DNA of 64,000 nucleotides from Eubacteriales bacterium (lineage in GTDB: Bacteria > Bacillota > Clostridia > Saccharofermentanales > DTU023), in assembly GCA_030537595.1 (NCBI GenBank), contig JAUNVR010000001.1, positions 79,526-143,525 on the forward strand, read 5' to 3'. Below, in pieces: positions 26,597-35,378 of the stretch; position 1 is the stretch's first letter, and the number at the start of each line of letters is the position of its first letter. The notes below the pieces were generated by a model, which was not told where the DNA came from, made no database searches, and saw nothing but the letters and a program-made list of their open reading frames with translations. The translations under genes and the position numbers were made by a program.

Positions 26597-29215
26597 CTAG
26601 GGGGTCATAAAGTCCGGAATCTCCGGTAACTCATCCGGCAGATTGAAGGTCCAATCGTCATCGTCATAGTCGTAATCGTAGTCGTCGTCATCCCGATCCC
26701 AGGGGAAGCGGGGGCGCTTAGGTTTCTTTTTCTTATGCACGGTACAGCTTTCACTCGGATTTGCTGCTGAACCGGGCACTAGGTAGACGCTCATTGTACT
26801 CGGGCAATGCTCTGTGGCCAGCATTCCTGAGCTGCGACAGACGGTTGCGGTTTCGACCGTGCTCGGCATCGTAAATTCAACGCGTGGCAAGTTTTCGTGC
26901 AAGCTCTGCATGGCTGCGCGCCAAATTCGCACTGCGTTTTTACCATCCTCAATCGGGATTACGGTATGGCGGCCGTTCGCGTTATCGTAGCCGTACCAAA
27001 CGGCGGCCGTGTAGTAGGGGGTGTAGCCGCAGAACCAGACGTCAGTATAGAGATCTGTCGTACCGGTCTTACCGGCGGCCGGAGTGTTATCCGGGACAGC
27101 CTGGTTCCAGGGCGCCTCCGCAACCTTGGTCAAAAGGTAAGTCATGATCCCAGCAGACTCACTGCGGTAGACTCGCTGCTCATCTCTTTGCGTATTGTCG
27201 AGGAGGACGCTGCCGTCACTATTTAAGACTCGTAAGTAGACTCGCGGCTTGACGTAGATGCCGTCATTGGCAAAGGGGGAGTAGGCCCCAGCCATCTCGT
27301 AGCTCGACATACCCTCAGCGAAACCACCGAGAGCACCGGCAACATAGGGCTCATTACTGCGGTCGATCCCACACTGTTTGAGGTAGGACAGACCCAGCTG
27401 CGGGGTCAGCATCTTGGCGTAAACCTCAGCGGCAATTGTGTTCAAGGAAAGGGCCAGGGCCTCTTCCAAGCTTTGTGGACCGATATAGGTCTTGCTGTAG
27501 TTTTCCGGATAAGGTGTATCCGGGCGATCCGGGTCGAGGTAGACCGGGCGGTCATTAAAGGGCGTGGCCATCGAGATTTTTCCCGCGTCTAGAGCCGGGC
27601 CATAGACCAGAATCGGTTTAATTGAAGAACCCGGTTGACGGTAGGCATAAACGGCCCGGTTTAAGGTAAAGTTACCGCGCTTTTCGCCGTAGCCACCAAC
27701 CATACCGCGGACAAAGCCCTCGGCACCGTCAGCATTATCTAGGACTGTAATCGAAGCCTGTGGCTCCTCCGGACTATCCGGCAGGAGGGCCGGGTCGGTG
27801 ACAAAAAGCTCGCGGTTCTTAAAGACCCCTTCGAGCGAAGTCTGGACATCGCCGTCAATTGTCGACTCAATCGTCAAGCCGTAGTTATAGACGGCAATTC
27901 GAGCTAACTCAGCTGAGTAGCCCAGTTTGTTAATCAGGTCATCTTGGACCTTTTCAATCACATAGTCGACAGCGTAGGATTGGACTTCATCGACGGCATC
28001 AACGATTGCCGAGAAGTCAAAAATTAATTCATCGTTTAGGGCTTGCTCATAATCTGCGGCCGAAATCTTCTCGAGCTCGAGCATTTTCGAAAGGATAAAG
28101 CGCTGTCTACGCAAGGCGTTTCTGCGCCCGTATTCAGTCAAGGGATTATAAGTGGCAGGGCGGTTAGGAATCCCGGCCAAAAAGGCAGCTTCACCGAGGC
28201 TCAGCTCTTTTACTGGCTTGTTAAAGTAGGCCTTTGCAGCAGCGCCGACGCCCACGTAGTTATTGGCCATCGGAACTAAGTTTAAGTAGAGCTCTAGGAT
28301 ATTGTCCTTACTGCGCCTTTGCTCTAGGCGGACAGCGTTATACCATTCCTGGATTTTACGCTGGGCGGAAATTTCGTCCTTCCCAGAAATTAGCTTGATT
28401 GTCTGCTGGGTAATGGTTGAGCCGCCGTGGGTCGGGCTACCGGCATTGGCAATGGCGGAGAAAACTGCCGAGCCAATCCGCTTAAAGTCGATCCCAGGGT
28501 GAGTTTCAAAGCGCTCGTCCTCGATTGCAATAAAGGCTTCAGCCACCTTTGACTGCTTAATCTCCTCAATCGGGACGAATTCAGAGTTCGCTGTATTGGC
28601 TTTGAGGCTGGCTAAGAGCTCGCCACTTTTGCCGAGAATCTTGGTCTCGCCGGAAAAGCTATGTAAATCGCGGACCTCAACTTCCTGGGCTGTAGAGAAG
28701 TAGCCGGAGAGCATACCTGCGCCAACCCCCATGGTCAGCGAGCCGAGGAGGAGGACAATGATAATGATTAGCTTTAAGGCGGCAAGCAGGGAGCGACCTA
28801 AAGTTTGGGTTAAGGTCGAGACCTGACCGCTGTAACCTGGCTTACCGACCACCCGCTTGCGCAGTTCTTTACGCTGCTTCCGCTCGGACTTAGTCAGTCG
28901 ATGTTTCGGCTCTGGCTTGGCTTCTAGTTCTGGCTTTAAGTCAGGGGTGTGCGGGGCCGCGCCTCCGGCTGGCCGAGAGGCAGCTCGTCGCGCTGGAGCA
29001 GAAGCTTTCCGAGCTGGAGCAGGGGCTCCTGGACGAGCCTTGGCCCGGGCTGCTGAGCCAGGGCGCAGGGAAGGAATTTCCGGCTGCTCGGGAGCTCTTC
29101 TACGAGTGCCCGGAGCTGGCGCTGGGCGCCCTGAATTCCGAGCCTCGGGTCCTTTAGGACCTGGCTTCGGATTGACTCTATTTTGATCATTTGACCTGCG
29201 GTCAGACATCGACAA
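26597..29215 (-). CDS. Class A penicillin-binding protein (glycosyltransferase + transpeptidase)
   Basis: 872 aa. GT51 motifs EDERFETHPGID and GGSTITQQ. Transpeptidase motifs SSIK, SLN and KTGT. Pro/Ala/Arg-rich N-terminal tail and acidic DDDDYDYDYDDDD C-terminal tail. Confidence 0.92.
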   Translation of the reverse strand: MSMSDRRSNDQNRVNPKPGPKGPEARNSGRPAPAPGTRRRAPEQPEIPSLRPGSAARAKARPGAPAPARKASAPARRAASRPAGGAAPHTPDLKPELEAKPEPKHRLTKSERKQRKELRKRVVGKPGYSGQVSTLTQTLGRSLLAALKLIIIIVLLLGSLTMGVGAGMLSGYFSTAQEVEVRDLHSFSGETKILGKSGELLASLKANTANSEFVPIEEIKQSKVAEAFIAIEDERFETHPGIDFKRIGSAVFSAIANAGSPTHGGSTITQQTIKLISGKDEISAQRKIQEWYNAVRLEQRRSKDNILELYLNLVPMANNYVGVGAAAKAYFNKPVKELSLGEAAFLAGIPNRPATYNPLTEYGRRNALRRQRFILSKMLELEKISAADYEQALNDELIFDFSAIVDAVDEVQSYAVDYVIEKVQDDLINKLGYSAELARIAVYNYGLTIESTIDGDVQTSLEGVFKNRELFVTDPALLPDSPEEPQASITVLDNADGAEGFVRGMVGGYGEKRGNFTLNRAVYAYRQPGSSIKPILVYGPALDAGKISMATPFNDRPVYLDPDRPDTPYPENYSKTYIGPQSLEEALALSLNTIAAEVYAKMLTPQLGLSYLKQCGIDRSNEPYVAGALGGFAEGMSSYEMAGAYSPFANDGIYVKPRVYLRVLNSDGSVLLDNTQRDEQRVYRSESAGIMTYLLTKVAEAPWNQAVPDNTPAAGKTGTTDLYTDVWFCGYTPYYTAAVWYGYDNANGRHTVIPIEDGKNAVRIWRAAMQSLHENLPRVEFTMPSTVETATVCRSSGMLATEHCPSTMSVYLVPGSAANPSESCTVHKKKKPKRPRFPWDRDDDDYDYDYDDDDWTFNLPDELPEIPDFMTP

Positions 29216-29315
29216 TACTTCCTTATTAAAAATCTATTTATAGCATTATAAAGCAAAACACAATTGTACCAGAATCCATTATAAAGAGCTTTAACTGCTC
29301 ATTCAAACATTCACT

Positions 29316-29324
29316 TGTTATAAT
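29316..29324 (+). promoter_or_regulatory. Extended -10 promoter element (TGtTATAAT) upstream of the RNA methyltransferase gene
   Basis: TG at 29316-29317 and TATAAT at 29319-29324, 34 nt before the TTG start. Confidence 0.45.
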
Positions 29325-29357
29325 AGGGCAGAGTTTAAGTGGAGTGAGGAATGAATT

Positions 29358-30746
29358 TTGACGGAGTTAAAAGCAGAGGAGTACATAATCCGCGACCTCT
29401 TTACTGACGGACGGGCAGTTGCAGTTCCGCTCGAGGGAGGAAAGCTGGAATTTCTGGCCGGGCCTGTGCCTGGGGATCGACTTGCGCTCAATCCAGAAAG
29501 TGGCGAAGTAGAGTACCTGGAGCTGAGTCCGGCAAGGCAGCCCAGCTTTTGTGGCTACTACCCCAGCTGTGGGGGTTGCAGTGTGCAGCAGCTCAAGTAT
29601 CCGGCCCTTCTAGCTTTGAAAAAAGCCCAGCTCGAGCATCTTTTTCCGGAGGCTAAAGTCAAGTTTTATCCTTCCAGTGAAGCTTCTGCATTTGCTTATC
29701 GTAAAAAATTCTTTTGGCACTATGATCAGGGCAGTTTCGGACTATTAAGGCGCGGCTCTCATCAGCTCATTGAGATTCAGGACTGCCCTCTGGCAAGTAA
29801 GGCTCTCCAAGCTGCGACAAAAATCTTTCAAGAGTATTTGCGCCGCGACTACGGCCAGCTCGGACTGCATCTTCGGCAGGGGCGTGGTGTGGAGCTGAGT
29901 TTCCTCTTAGTCCTGGATGAAAATCGCCTCAAGCTGGAAGCAAATGGGAAGCGGGGCATTTTCCTCGCTGACTTGAAAAGCCTAGGGCAGGTCGGTCAGG
30001 CTTTAGCAGAAATTGCAGCAGCTTTTAAAGCTGAGGGCTTAGACTTAAAGCTGAGCGGGATTAATTTGCGGGCTAAAACTAAGGCCGGAGAAAATCTAGG
30101 ACCGCGGACCTTCCTTTTACCTGAATTAAATAAGCTGCACGAATTTTCACTTGCGGAGCCGTTCTCGGCTCGAGACTTTGCTGATTTATTGCTGACTGAA
30201 ACAGTGCTAGATCGGCAATTCAAAATCCTCCCTGGTGCCTTCTTCCAGGTTAATCCCCAGCTCTTCGCCGCCAGCGTTGAGGCTGCTAGATCGCAGTTAG
30301 GCAAAGTGGAGTCGGCCCTCGACCTCTACTGTGGTACGGGGGCATGGGGGCTCAGTGTGCTGCCAAGAAGCTGCCGTTATTTCGGCTTAGATATTGATCC
30401 TTTGAGCCTCGAGACTACGGCTTTAAATGCTGCCTTTAATGGCTTTACTTCCTACAGTTGTGAAAGGCTGAATCTTAAGCGAAAGAGCTTAGACATAGCT
30501 CCGGTAGACCTGGTTCTCCTCGATCCACCGCGAGCCGGCTTAAGTCCAGCTGTGACCAAGGCTTTAAGCAATAGTTCAGTCTCGAAAATTTTCTACCTCT
30601 CCTGCCATGCAGCAACTCTCGCCAGGGATTTAAAAAACTTAGCCTCGCACTTTAAATTAGAGTATTTATCTGGCTTTGATTACTTCCCCTGGACTATGGG
30701 CTACGAGAGCTTGGCACTTTTGTCCAGAGTGGATGCCGAGGAGTGA
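29358..30746 (+). CDS. RumA/TrmA-family RNA (uracil-C5)-methyltransferase
   Basis: 462 aa. TTG start after GGAGTGAGGA. Fe-S cysteine cluster CGYYPSCGGCSVQQ, SAM motif DLYCGTG, DPPRAGL and catalytic YLSCH. Confidence 0.8.
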   Translation: MTELKAEEYIIRDLFTDGRAVAVPLEGGKLEFLAGPVPGDRLALNPESGEVEYLELSPARQPSFCGYYPSCGGCSVQQLKYPALLALKKAQLEHLFPEAKVKFYPSSEASAFAYRKKFFWHYDQGSFGLLRRGSHQLIEIQDCPLASKALQAATKIFQEYLRRDYGQLGLHLRQGRGVELSFLLVLDENRLKLEANGKRGIFLADLKSLGQVGQALAEIAAAFKAEGLDLKLSGINLRAKTKAGENLGPRTFLLPELNKLHEFSLAEPFSARDFADLLLTETVLDRQFKILPGAFFQVNPQLFAASVEAARSQLGKVESALDLYCGTGAWGLSVLPRSCRYFGLDIDPLSLETTALNAAFNGFTSYSCERLNLKRKSLDIAPVDLVLLDPPRAGLSPAVTKALSNSSVSKIFYLSCHAATLARDLKNLASHFKLEYLSGFDYFPWTMGYESLALLSRVDAEE

Positions 30747-30792
30747 GGGATGGGATTTAAAACTAAGGACTTTACTACTTGCCTAATGAGAT

Positions 30793-30821
30793 TTGACAGA
30801 TGGGGCAAGCTAGAGTAAACT
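30793..30821 (+). promoter_or_regulatory. Sigma-70/SigA-type promoter of tRNA-Val
   Basis: TTGACA (30793-30798), a 17-nt spacer, then TAAACT (30816-30821). Confidence 0.6.
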
Positions 30822-30834
30822 TTGCTAAGCAAAT

Positions 30835-30911
30835 GGGGGCTTAGCTCAGCTGGTTAGAGCGCCTGCCTTACAAGCAGGAGGTCACTGGTTCGAGTCCAGT
30901 AGCCCCCACCA
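30835..30911 (+). tRNA. tRNA-Val (anticodon TAC), CCA encoded
   Basis: The cloverleaf was folded by hand: acceptor GGGGGCT/AGCCCCC, anticodon stem CCTGC/GCAGG with loop CTTACAA, and T-loop GGTTCGAGTCC. Confidence 0.95.
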
Positions 30912-30912
30912 G

Positions 30913-30953
30913 AACTCCGTTACAGATAGAAGCGTAGCGGAGTTTATTTTTTT
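30913..30953 (+). terminator. Intrinsic terminator after tRNA-Val
   Basis: AACTCCGTTA...TAGCGGAGTT stem followed by TATTTTTTT. Confidence 0.8.
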
Positions 30954-31043
30954 CTAAAATAGCTGAGTCAGGGCTTTTACTCGCGCCCACTTCCAGCAAA
31001 AAACTTTTAAGAGCATGGGCTTTTTTAGCTCCGCAGCTTAGTA

Positions 31044-31072
31044 TTGAATTAATCCGCCCTTCTTCCTATAAT
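31044..31072 (+). promoter_or_regulatory. Promoter of the asp23-amaP operon
   Basis: TTGAAT (31044-31049), a 17-nt spacer, then TATAAT (31067-31072). Confidence 0.55.
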
Positions 31073-31195
31073 TAATGAAGCAAGAATATAAATTAGTATT
31101 CGCTTATGGCTTGGTCTCAACCGACGCCTCTTAAGTGCGGATACAAAGAGGCCAAGGCTTATAGAAACGGCCACTTAAGAAAGGATAGGATACCT

Positions 31196-31726
31196 ATGTC
31201 GGAAGAGCTAAAAAATAATGATCAATTCAATCTTAACGAGGAGAGGGCTGTAGAGCCTCAGGAGGAATATGAGAGCACACTTCGCTTCCGCGAAGAAGTA
31301 GTTTCAAAAATCGTGGGCTTTGCCGTCCAAGAGATCGAGGGTATCTTGACTATGAGCGGCAGCTTCTTCACCAGCATTAAGGAAAGCTTCGGCCAGTCAG
31401 ATAAGACAAAGGGCGTAAGCGTCGATATGGAAGAAGAAGGCGTTGTGGTCAATCTGGAGATGGTGCTCGAGTATGGCAAATCTGCGCCGGAGGTCTTTGA
31501 GCAGTTAAAGCAATTAGTCGGTGAGCGAGTAAATCACATGACCGGCTTAAAGGTTTTAGCCATGAATGTCCGCGTCGTTGATATTTTGACCCGTGAGGAA
31601 TTCCAGGCCAAACGTAACAAGAAGTCAAAAGAAGAAGAAGCTAATAGAGTTGAAGCTGAAGTAGTCGAGGCCGAGCCGTATGTCGCAGAGCCAGAGCAGG
31701 AAAATCATGAGAATCAGGGATGGTAA
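31196..31726 (+). CDS. Asp23/Gls24 family envelope stress protein
   Basis: The likely start is ATG 31196 (MSEELKNN); the ORF track starts at 31106, before a plausible RBS. FREEVVSKIVGFAVQEIEGI is a typical Asp23 core. Acidic C-terminal tail. Confidence 0.8.
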   Translation: MSEELKNNDQFNLNEERAVEPQEEYESTLRFREEVVSKIVGFAVQEIEGILTMSGSFFTSIKESFGQSDKTKGVSVDMEEEGVVVNLEMVLEYGKSAPEVFEQLKQLVGERVNHMTGLKVLAMNVRVVDILTREEFQAKRNKKSKEEEANRVEAEVVEAEPYVAEPEQENHENQGW

Positions 31727-31732
31727 GTAATC

Positions 31733-32524
31733 ATGAGTGGATTTAAAAGATTTTTAAATATCGTATTTGCCTTGCTGGTCTTAGTCAGCTATGTCATTTT
31801 AATCTTGATGGCTTGGCCACTTTCGGGCTTTGATACCGAATTGCCGCCCTACATCAATACTTGGTTCTATATCGGGGTAGCTGCAGTTGTGCTACTCGGT
31901 ATCTTCGTCATTACGCGGGTCGTGAAGTCCTTTATGCGTCCTGCTGGCAGTCGTGATTTGACTGAGCAAAAGGACGGCGGTACAGTCCAGATCGCAGTCG
32001 AGGCCTTGCGGGCAATCGCAACTAAGACAGCCCTGGATCAAGCCTATGTCAATTCAGCCGAGACCGAGGTACGGCAGGCAGGTAAAGATGCCGCACTCGA
32101 TTTAAAGATGAGCATGAAAGTTCAGAACGAGGCTTTGGAAAACGAATCTGTTAAGGACTTTGCCGAGCGGATTAAGGCTAGAGTTAGCGAAGCGGTCAGC
32201 AATTTCTCTGGTTACCCGATTCACAACTTTGATATCAAGGTTGATGTCGACGACGTCCAGGCTCCGGAGCACAGCAGCGTGGCTGCTCCAGCCCCGGTGG
32301 CAGTAAGCCCACAGCCTGAAAAAGTGAGCGCCGAAAGCAATTTCGCGGCAGCTGAAGCGAAGATTCAGGAAGTCGGACAGCCTGCCCAGAACCTAAATGA
32401 AGCTAAGCCTCTTGGCGAATTGAATAATTCCTTAGAGCCTGAGAAGGCTGAGCTCGAGAAGGCCATTGATCAAGCTCAGGGACAGTTCGCAGATGCTGAC
32501 AGAGATATCATTATCAAGCGCTAA
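31733..32524 (+). CDS. Membrane anchor protein, AmaP-like (alkaline shock response)
   Basis: 263 aa. Two N-terminal TM helices (FKRFLNIVFALLVLVSYVILILM), an Asp23-like central part and a low-complexity C-terminus. Directly follows asp23. Confidence 0.5.
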   Translation: MSGFKRFLNIVFALLVLVSYVILILMAWPLSGFDTELPPYINTWFYIGVAAVVLLGIFVITRVVKSFMRPAGSRDLTEQKDGGTVQIAVEALRAIATKTALDQAYVNSAETEVRQAGKDAALDLKMSMKVQNEALENESVKDFAERIKARVSEAVSNFSGYPIHNFDIKVDVDDVQAPEHSSVAAPAPVAVSPQPEKVSAESNFAAAEAKIQEVGQPAQNLNEAKPLGELNNSLEPEKAELEKAIDQAQGQFADADRDIIIKR

Positions 32525-32581
32525 AAATTGACTTATAGCTATCAATGAGCGTATCTTTTCAGTAAGAGATATACTGTTATT

Positions 32582-32611
32582 AAACTCGGTACATAGTGTA
32601 CCGAGTTTTTT
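32582..32611 (+). terminator. Intrinsic terminator after the asp23-amaP operon
   Basis: Perfect 12-bp stem AAACTCGGTACA/TGTACCGAGTTT with loop TAG, followed by a T run. Confidence 0.85.
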
Positions 32612-32631
32612 ATGGTTATATGGAGGATAAA

Positions 32632-33984
32632 ATGGAGCCGAAATTTAAGCGACTGCTGAGTCTGATTTTGCTCGTAGTACTGAGTCTAGGACTGAGCTCC
32701 TGTGCCGAAGTTTCCAAGACGATATTTCCGGAACGGGCACAGATTAAGCGTGAGCGCAAAATTAGGGAATTAAAGAAGCAAGAAAGTCCAATGCAGACCC
32801 AGGCCATGCCGGAGCCTTTAATTGACCCTTCGAAAGTTGTAAAACTGCGGCGCGACACGGTGAATTTAGCGCTGGTTGGAGATGTCTTAATCCATATCCC
32901 GATTATTAATGCCGCTAAACAGGCTGATGGTAGCTATGACTTTGCTTACAGCTACCGCTATATTGAGCCGGAAATTCAAAAGCTTGACTATGCAGCCTTT
33001 AACATGGAAGGTACCCTGGCTGGTGAACCCTACGAGGGTTATCCGATTTTTTCGGCGCCGGATATTTTGGCCCCGACTTTGAAGAAGGTAGGTTTTGACC
33101 TGGCTTTTGCGGCTAACAACCACTGTATGGACAGGGGTCTCGACGGTCTAAAAATGACGGCCAAAAAGTTGAAGGCTGAAGGTTTCGACCTAGTGGGTAT
33201 TCGTGAAGCTGCAGCTGACGACAAGGTCGTGGTTAAAGAGTTAAACAATTTGAAATTGGGCTTTTTCAACTTTACCTATGAAACTGAGCGAATTGATGGC
33301 CTGCGTTCCTTAAATGGGATTCCCGTGCCGGAGGAGGGCGAGGACTTACTCGACTCCTTCTCCCTCGAACGTTCTCCCGAGGATTTAATGAGCCGCGACT
33401 TAGAGCGCATGGTGGAGCGAATTAAGGAACTCAAGGCGGCTAATGTCGATTTAATCGTCGCCCTCTTACATTGGGGTGATGAATACCATACAACGGCCAA
33501 TGCAACACAGGTTGAAATTGCGAATTTCTTAGCGGCCCAAGGGGTCGACCTGATTGTTGGCGCAGGTCCGCACGTGGCCCAGGAGGTCAAGTGGCTGGAG
33601 CGCCCAGACGGGAAACGCACACTCTGCTACTATTCTTTAGGTAATTTTATTTCCAACCAGCAGTTCGATACGGCGGATAACGGGGGCTATGCCGAGGATG
33701 GTTTGGTGGCTTTAGTCCGCTTCGAGCGTGGGGTTAAGGGCCCGGCAAAGATTACTAAGGCCGGCTACTTACCGCTTTACTGCTTTAAGATTCATCCGGA
33801 AAATGACCAGACCTTTGCCACTGTCTTACCCGTCATGCAGGTTCTGGAAGATCCGGCTAAGTTTCAATTCGACGGTGGCGAGGAATTGTTGGAGCGTTCA
33901 CTCCAGCGGACGAGGGAAGTAATGAGCCAAAACAGCGAAGGGATTCAACTCTTCGGATCTGTTGACGACTTCCTTCGCGATTAA
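32632..33984 (+). CDS. CapA-family metallophosphatase-like lipoprotein
   Basis: ATG 32632 follows GGAGGA; the track start at 32596 lies inside the terminator hairpin. Lipobox LGLSSC. HWGDEY and AANNH motifs of PGA_cap/CapA. Confidence 0.75.
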   Translation: MEPKFKRLLSLILLVVLSLGLSSCAEVSKTIFPERAQIKRERKIRELKKQESPMQTQAMPEPLIDPSKVVKLRRDTVNLALVGDVLIHIPIINAAKQADGSYDFAYSYRYIEPEIQKLDYAAFNMEGTLAGEPYEGYPIFSAPDILAPTLKKVGFDLAFAANNHCMDRGLDGLKMTAKKLKAEGFDLVGIREAAADDKVVVKELNNLKLGFFNFTYETERIDGLRSLNGIPVPEEGEDLLDSFSLERSPEDLMSRDLERMVERIKELKAANVDLIVALLHWGDEYHTTANATQVEIANFLAAQGVDLIVGAGPHVAQEVKWLERPDGKRTLCYYSLGNFISNQQFDTADNGGYAEDGLVALVRFERGVKGPAKITKAGYLPLYCFKIHPENDQTFATVLPVMQVLEDPAKFQFDGGEELLERSLQRTREVMSQNSEGIQLFGSVDDFLRD

Positions 33985-33998
33985 GAAAGGGGCTAGCT

Positions 33999-34607
33999 TT
34001 GCAGGTCATCGTACTCGGCGCTGGTAGTGTCGGAATTAGAATTTGCGAAATGTTATTGGAGACGGATGAGGACGTGGTCTTAATTGACCGCTCGATTGAG
34101 CGCCTCAGACAGGCGAATTTTCTGGATTGTCAGAAACTTGCCGGAATTCCCCTCGAAATTGATTTACTGGAGCAAGCCGGGATTGAAAGTTGCGATTTAA
34201 TTTGCTGTGTAACTCGTGACGATAATATGAACCTGGTTGTGGCTCAGATTGCTAAGAACCGCTATCAAGTGGGGCGGGCGATTGTGCGCTTAGATAATCC
34301 GCGAAAGGCGCAGTGTTATAAGGAGCTCGGGATTGAAACCTTCTGCACCTCAGAGTGGACGGCAAAGAAGCTCTGGCAGTTAATTCACAGTAGTGAGACG
34401 ATCTATCATCATTCCTTCTTTGGCCAGGAAATGATTTACAAGCAAATTCCTGTCGAGCCTGAGCTGCTCGGGCTAAAAATTTCTGAGGTCACTGAGCAGG
34501 GCCAGGATAAGTTAATTGGCATCTTGCGTGCCGGAACCTTTTTATTGGCAGAAGCGAATCTCGAGTTGCAGAGCGGGGATAGTTTTGTCCTGCTCTCGGT
34601 GGAGTAG
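33999..34607 (+). CDS. TrkA/KtrA-type K+ uptake regulatory subunit (RCK N+C domains)
   Basis: 202 aa with a TTG start. VLGAGSVG Rossmann loop. Confidence 0.75.
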   Translation: MQVIVLGAGSVGIRICEMLLETDEDVVLIDRSIERLRQANFLDCQKLAGIPLEIDLLEQAGIESCDLICCVTRDDNMNLVVAQIAKNRYQVGRAIVRLDNPRKAQCYKELGIETFCTSEWTAKKLWQLIHSSETIYHHSFFGQEMIYKQIPVEPELLGLKISEVTEQGQDKLIGILRAGTFLLAEANLELQSGDSFVLLSVE

Positions 34608-34617
34608 GGGGCTTTAG

Positions 34618-35286
34618 ATGAATATTATTATTATGGGTGCCGGCCGCCTAGCCAGGCATTTGGCGATGACTCTTTATGAAAATGGCCACCAGATTAATAT
34701 GATTGAGAGTAGCTTCGAGGCGGCAGAAAAATTTGCCAGCGAGATGGAAGGTATTCGCGTTATTCATGGGGATGGAACAGATCTGGCGACCTTGCGCAAG
34801 GCCAATATTCAGGAGACAGACTGCTATATTGCGCTTTCTGGCCTCGATGAAGATAATTTAATCGGCTGCCAGATTGCCAAGCAGGTATTTCGCGTCAGGC
34901 GTTGCTGCGCTCGCGTGAACCACCCCCGCAACCGCCACGTTTATGAGCAGGTGGGCATCGATTTAGTCTATTCTTCTACCGATATCATGGTCGACTTAAT
35001 TGAGCAGGATATCGATTTTGATGGGATGCGGATCCTCTACAATATTCCGGGAACAGCTGAGAACATTGTCGAGCTGCGGCTTTCCCCGAATTCCAAGGCC
35101 GTGGGTAAGGCCCTGATGGATTACACCTTCCCGGGTAATTCGCGGGTCGTCTTATTGAGCCGAGAAGACGGGGCTAAGACAGAGGTCCCGGTCGGTAGCA
35201 CGGTGATGGCTGCGAATGATCGGATGCTGGTAATCTGCGTAGAGGCTGAATATAACGATTTATATAAGAAGCTGGTTAAACCCTAA
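34618..35286 (+). CDS. TrkA/KtrA-type K+ uptake regulatory subunit (second paralogue)
   Basis: 222 aa. IMGAGRLA Rossmann loop and a C-terminal RCK_C-like part. Confidence 0.8.
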   Translation: MNIIIMGAGRLARHLAMTLYENGHQINMIESSFEAAEKFASEMEGIRVIHGDGTDLATLRKANIQETDCYIALSGLDEDNLIGCQIAKQVFRVRRCCARVNHPRNRHVYEQVGIDLVYSSTDIMVDLIEQDIDFDGMRILYNIPGTAENIVELRLSPNSKAVGKALMDYTFPGNSRVVLLSREDGAKTEVPVGSTVMAANDRMLVICVEAEYNDLYKKLVKP

Positions 35287-35378
35287 GGAGGGTTAGGCGA
35301 GGCGCTTCGGGCCAGGCTCCAGTCCGGCCGCAAGCTGCAGTTTGACAAGGCAAAAGATTTAGGAGTAGAGTCTAGGGC

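Noticed and set aside
32525-34000. Looked for a c-di-AMP (ydaO/kimA-type) riboswitch or other leader upstream of the trkA-trkA-trkH genes
   Set aside because: The trk genes directly follow capA with a 14-nt gap. The roughly 100-nt gap before capA is filled by the asp23-operon terminator, which leaves too little room for the ~140-nt riboswitch. I saw no matching conserved sequence.
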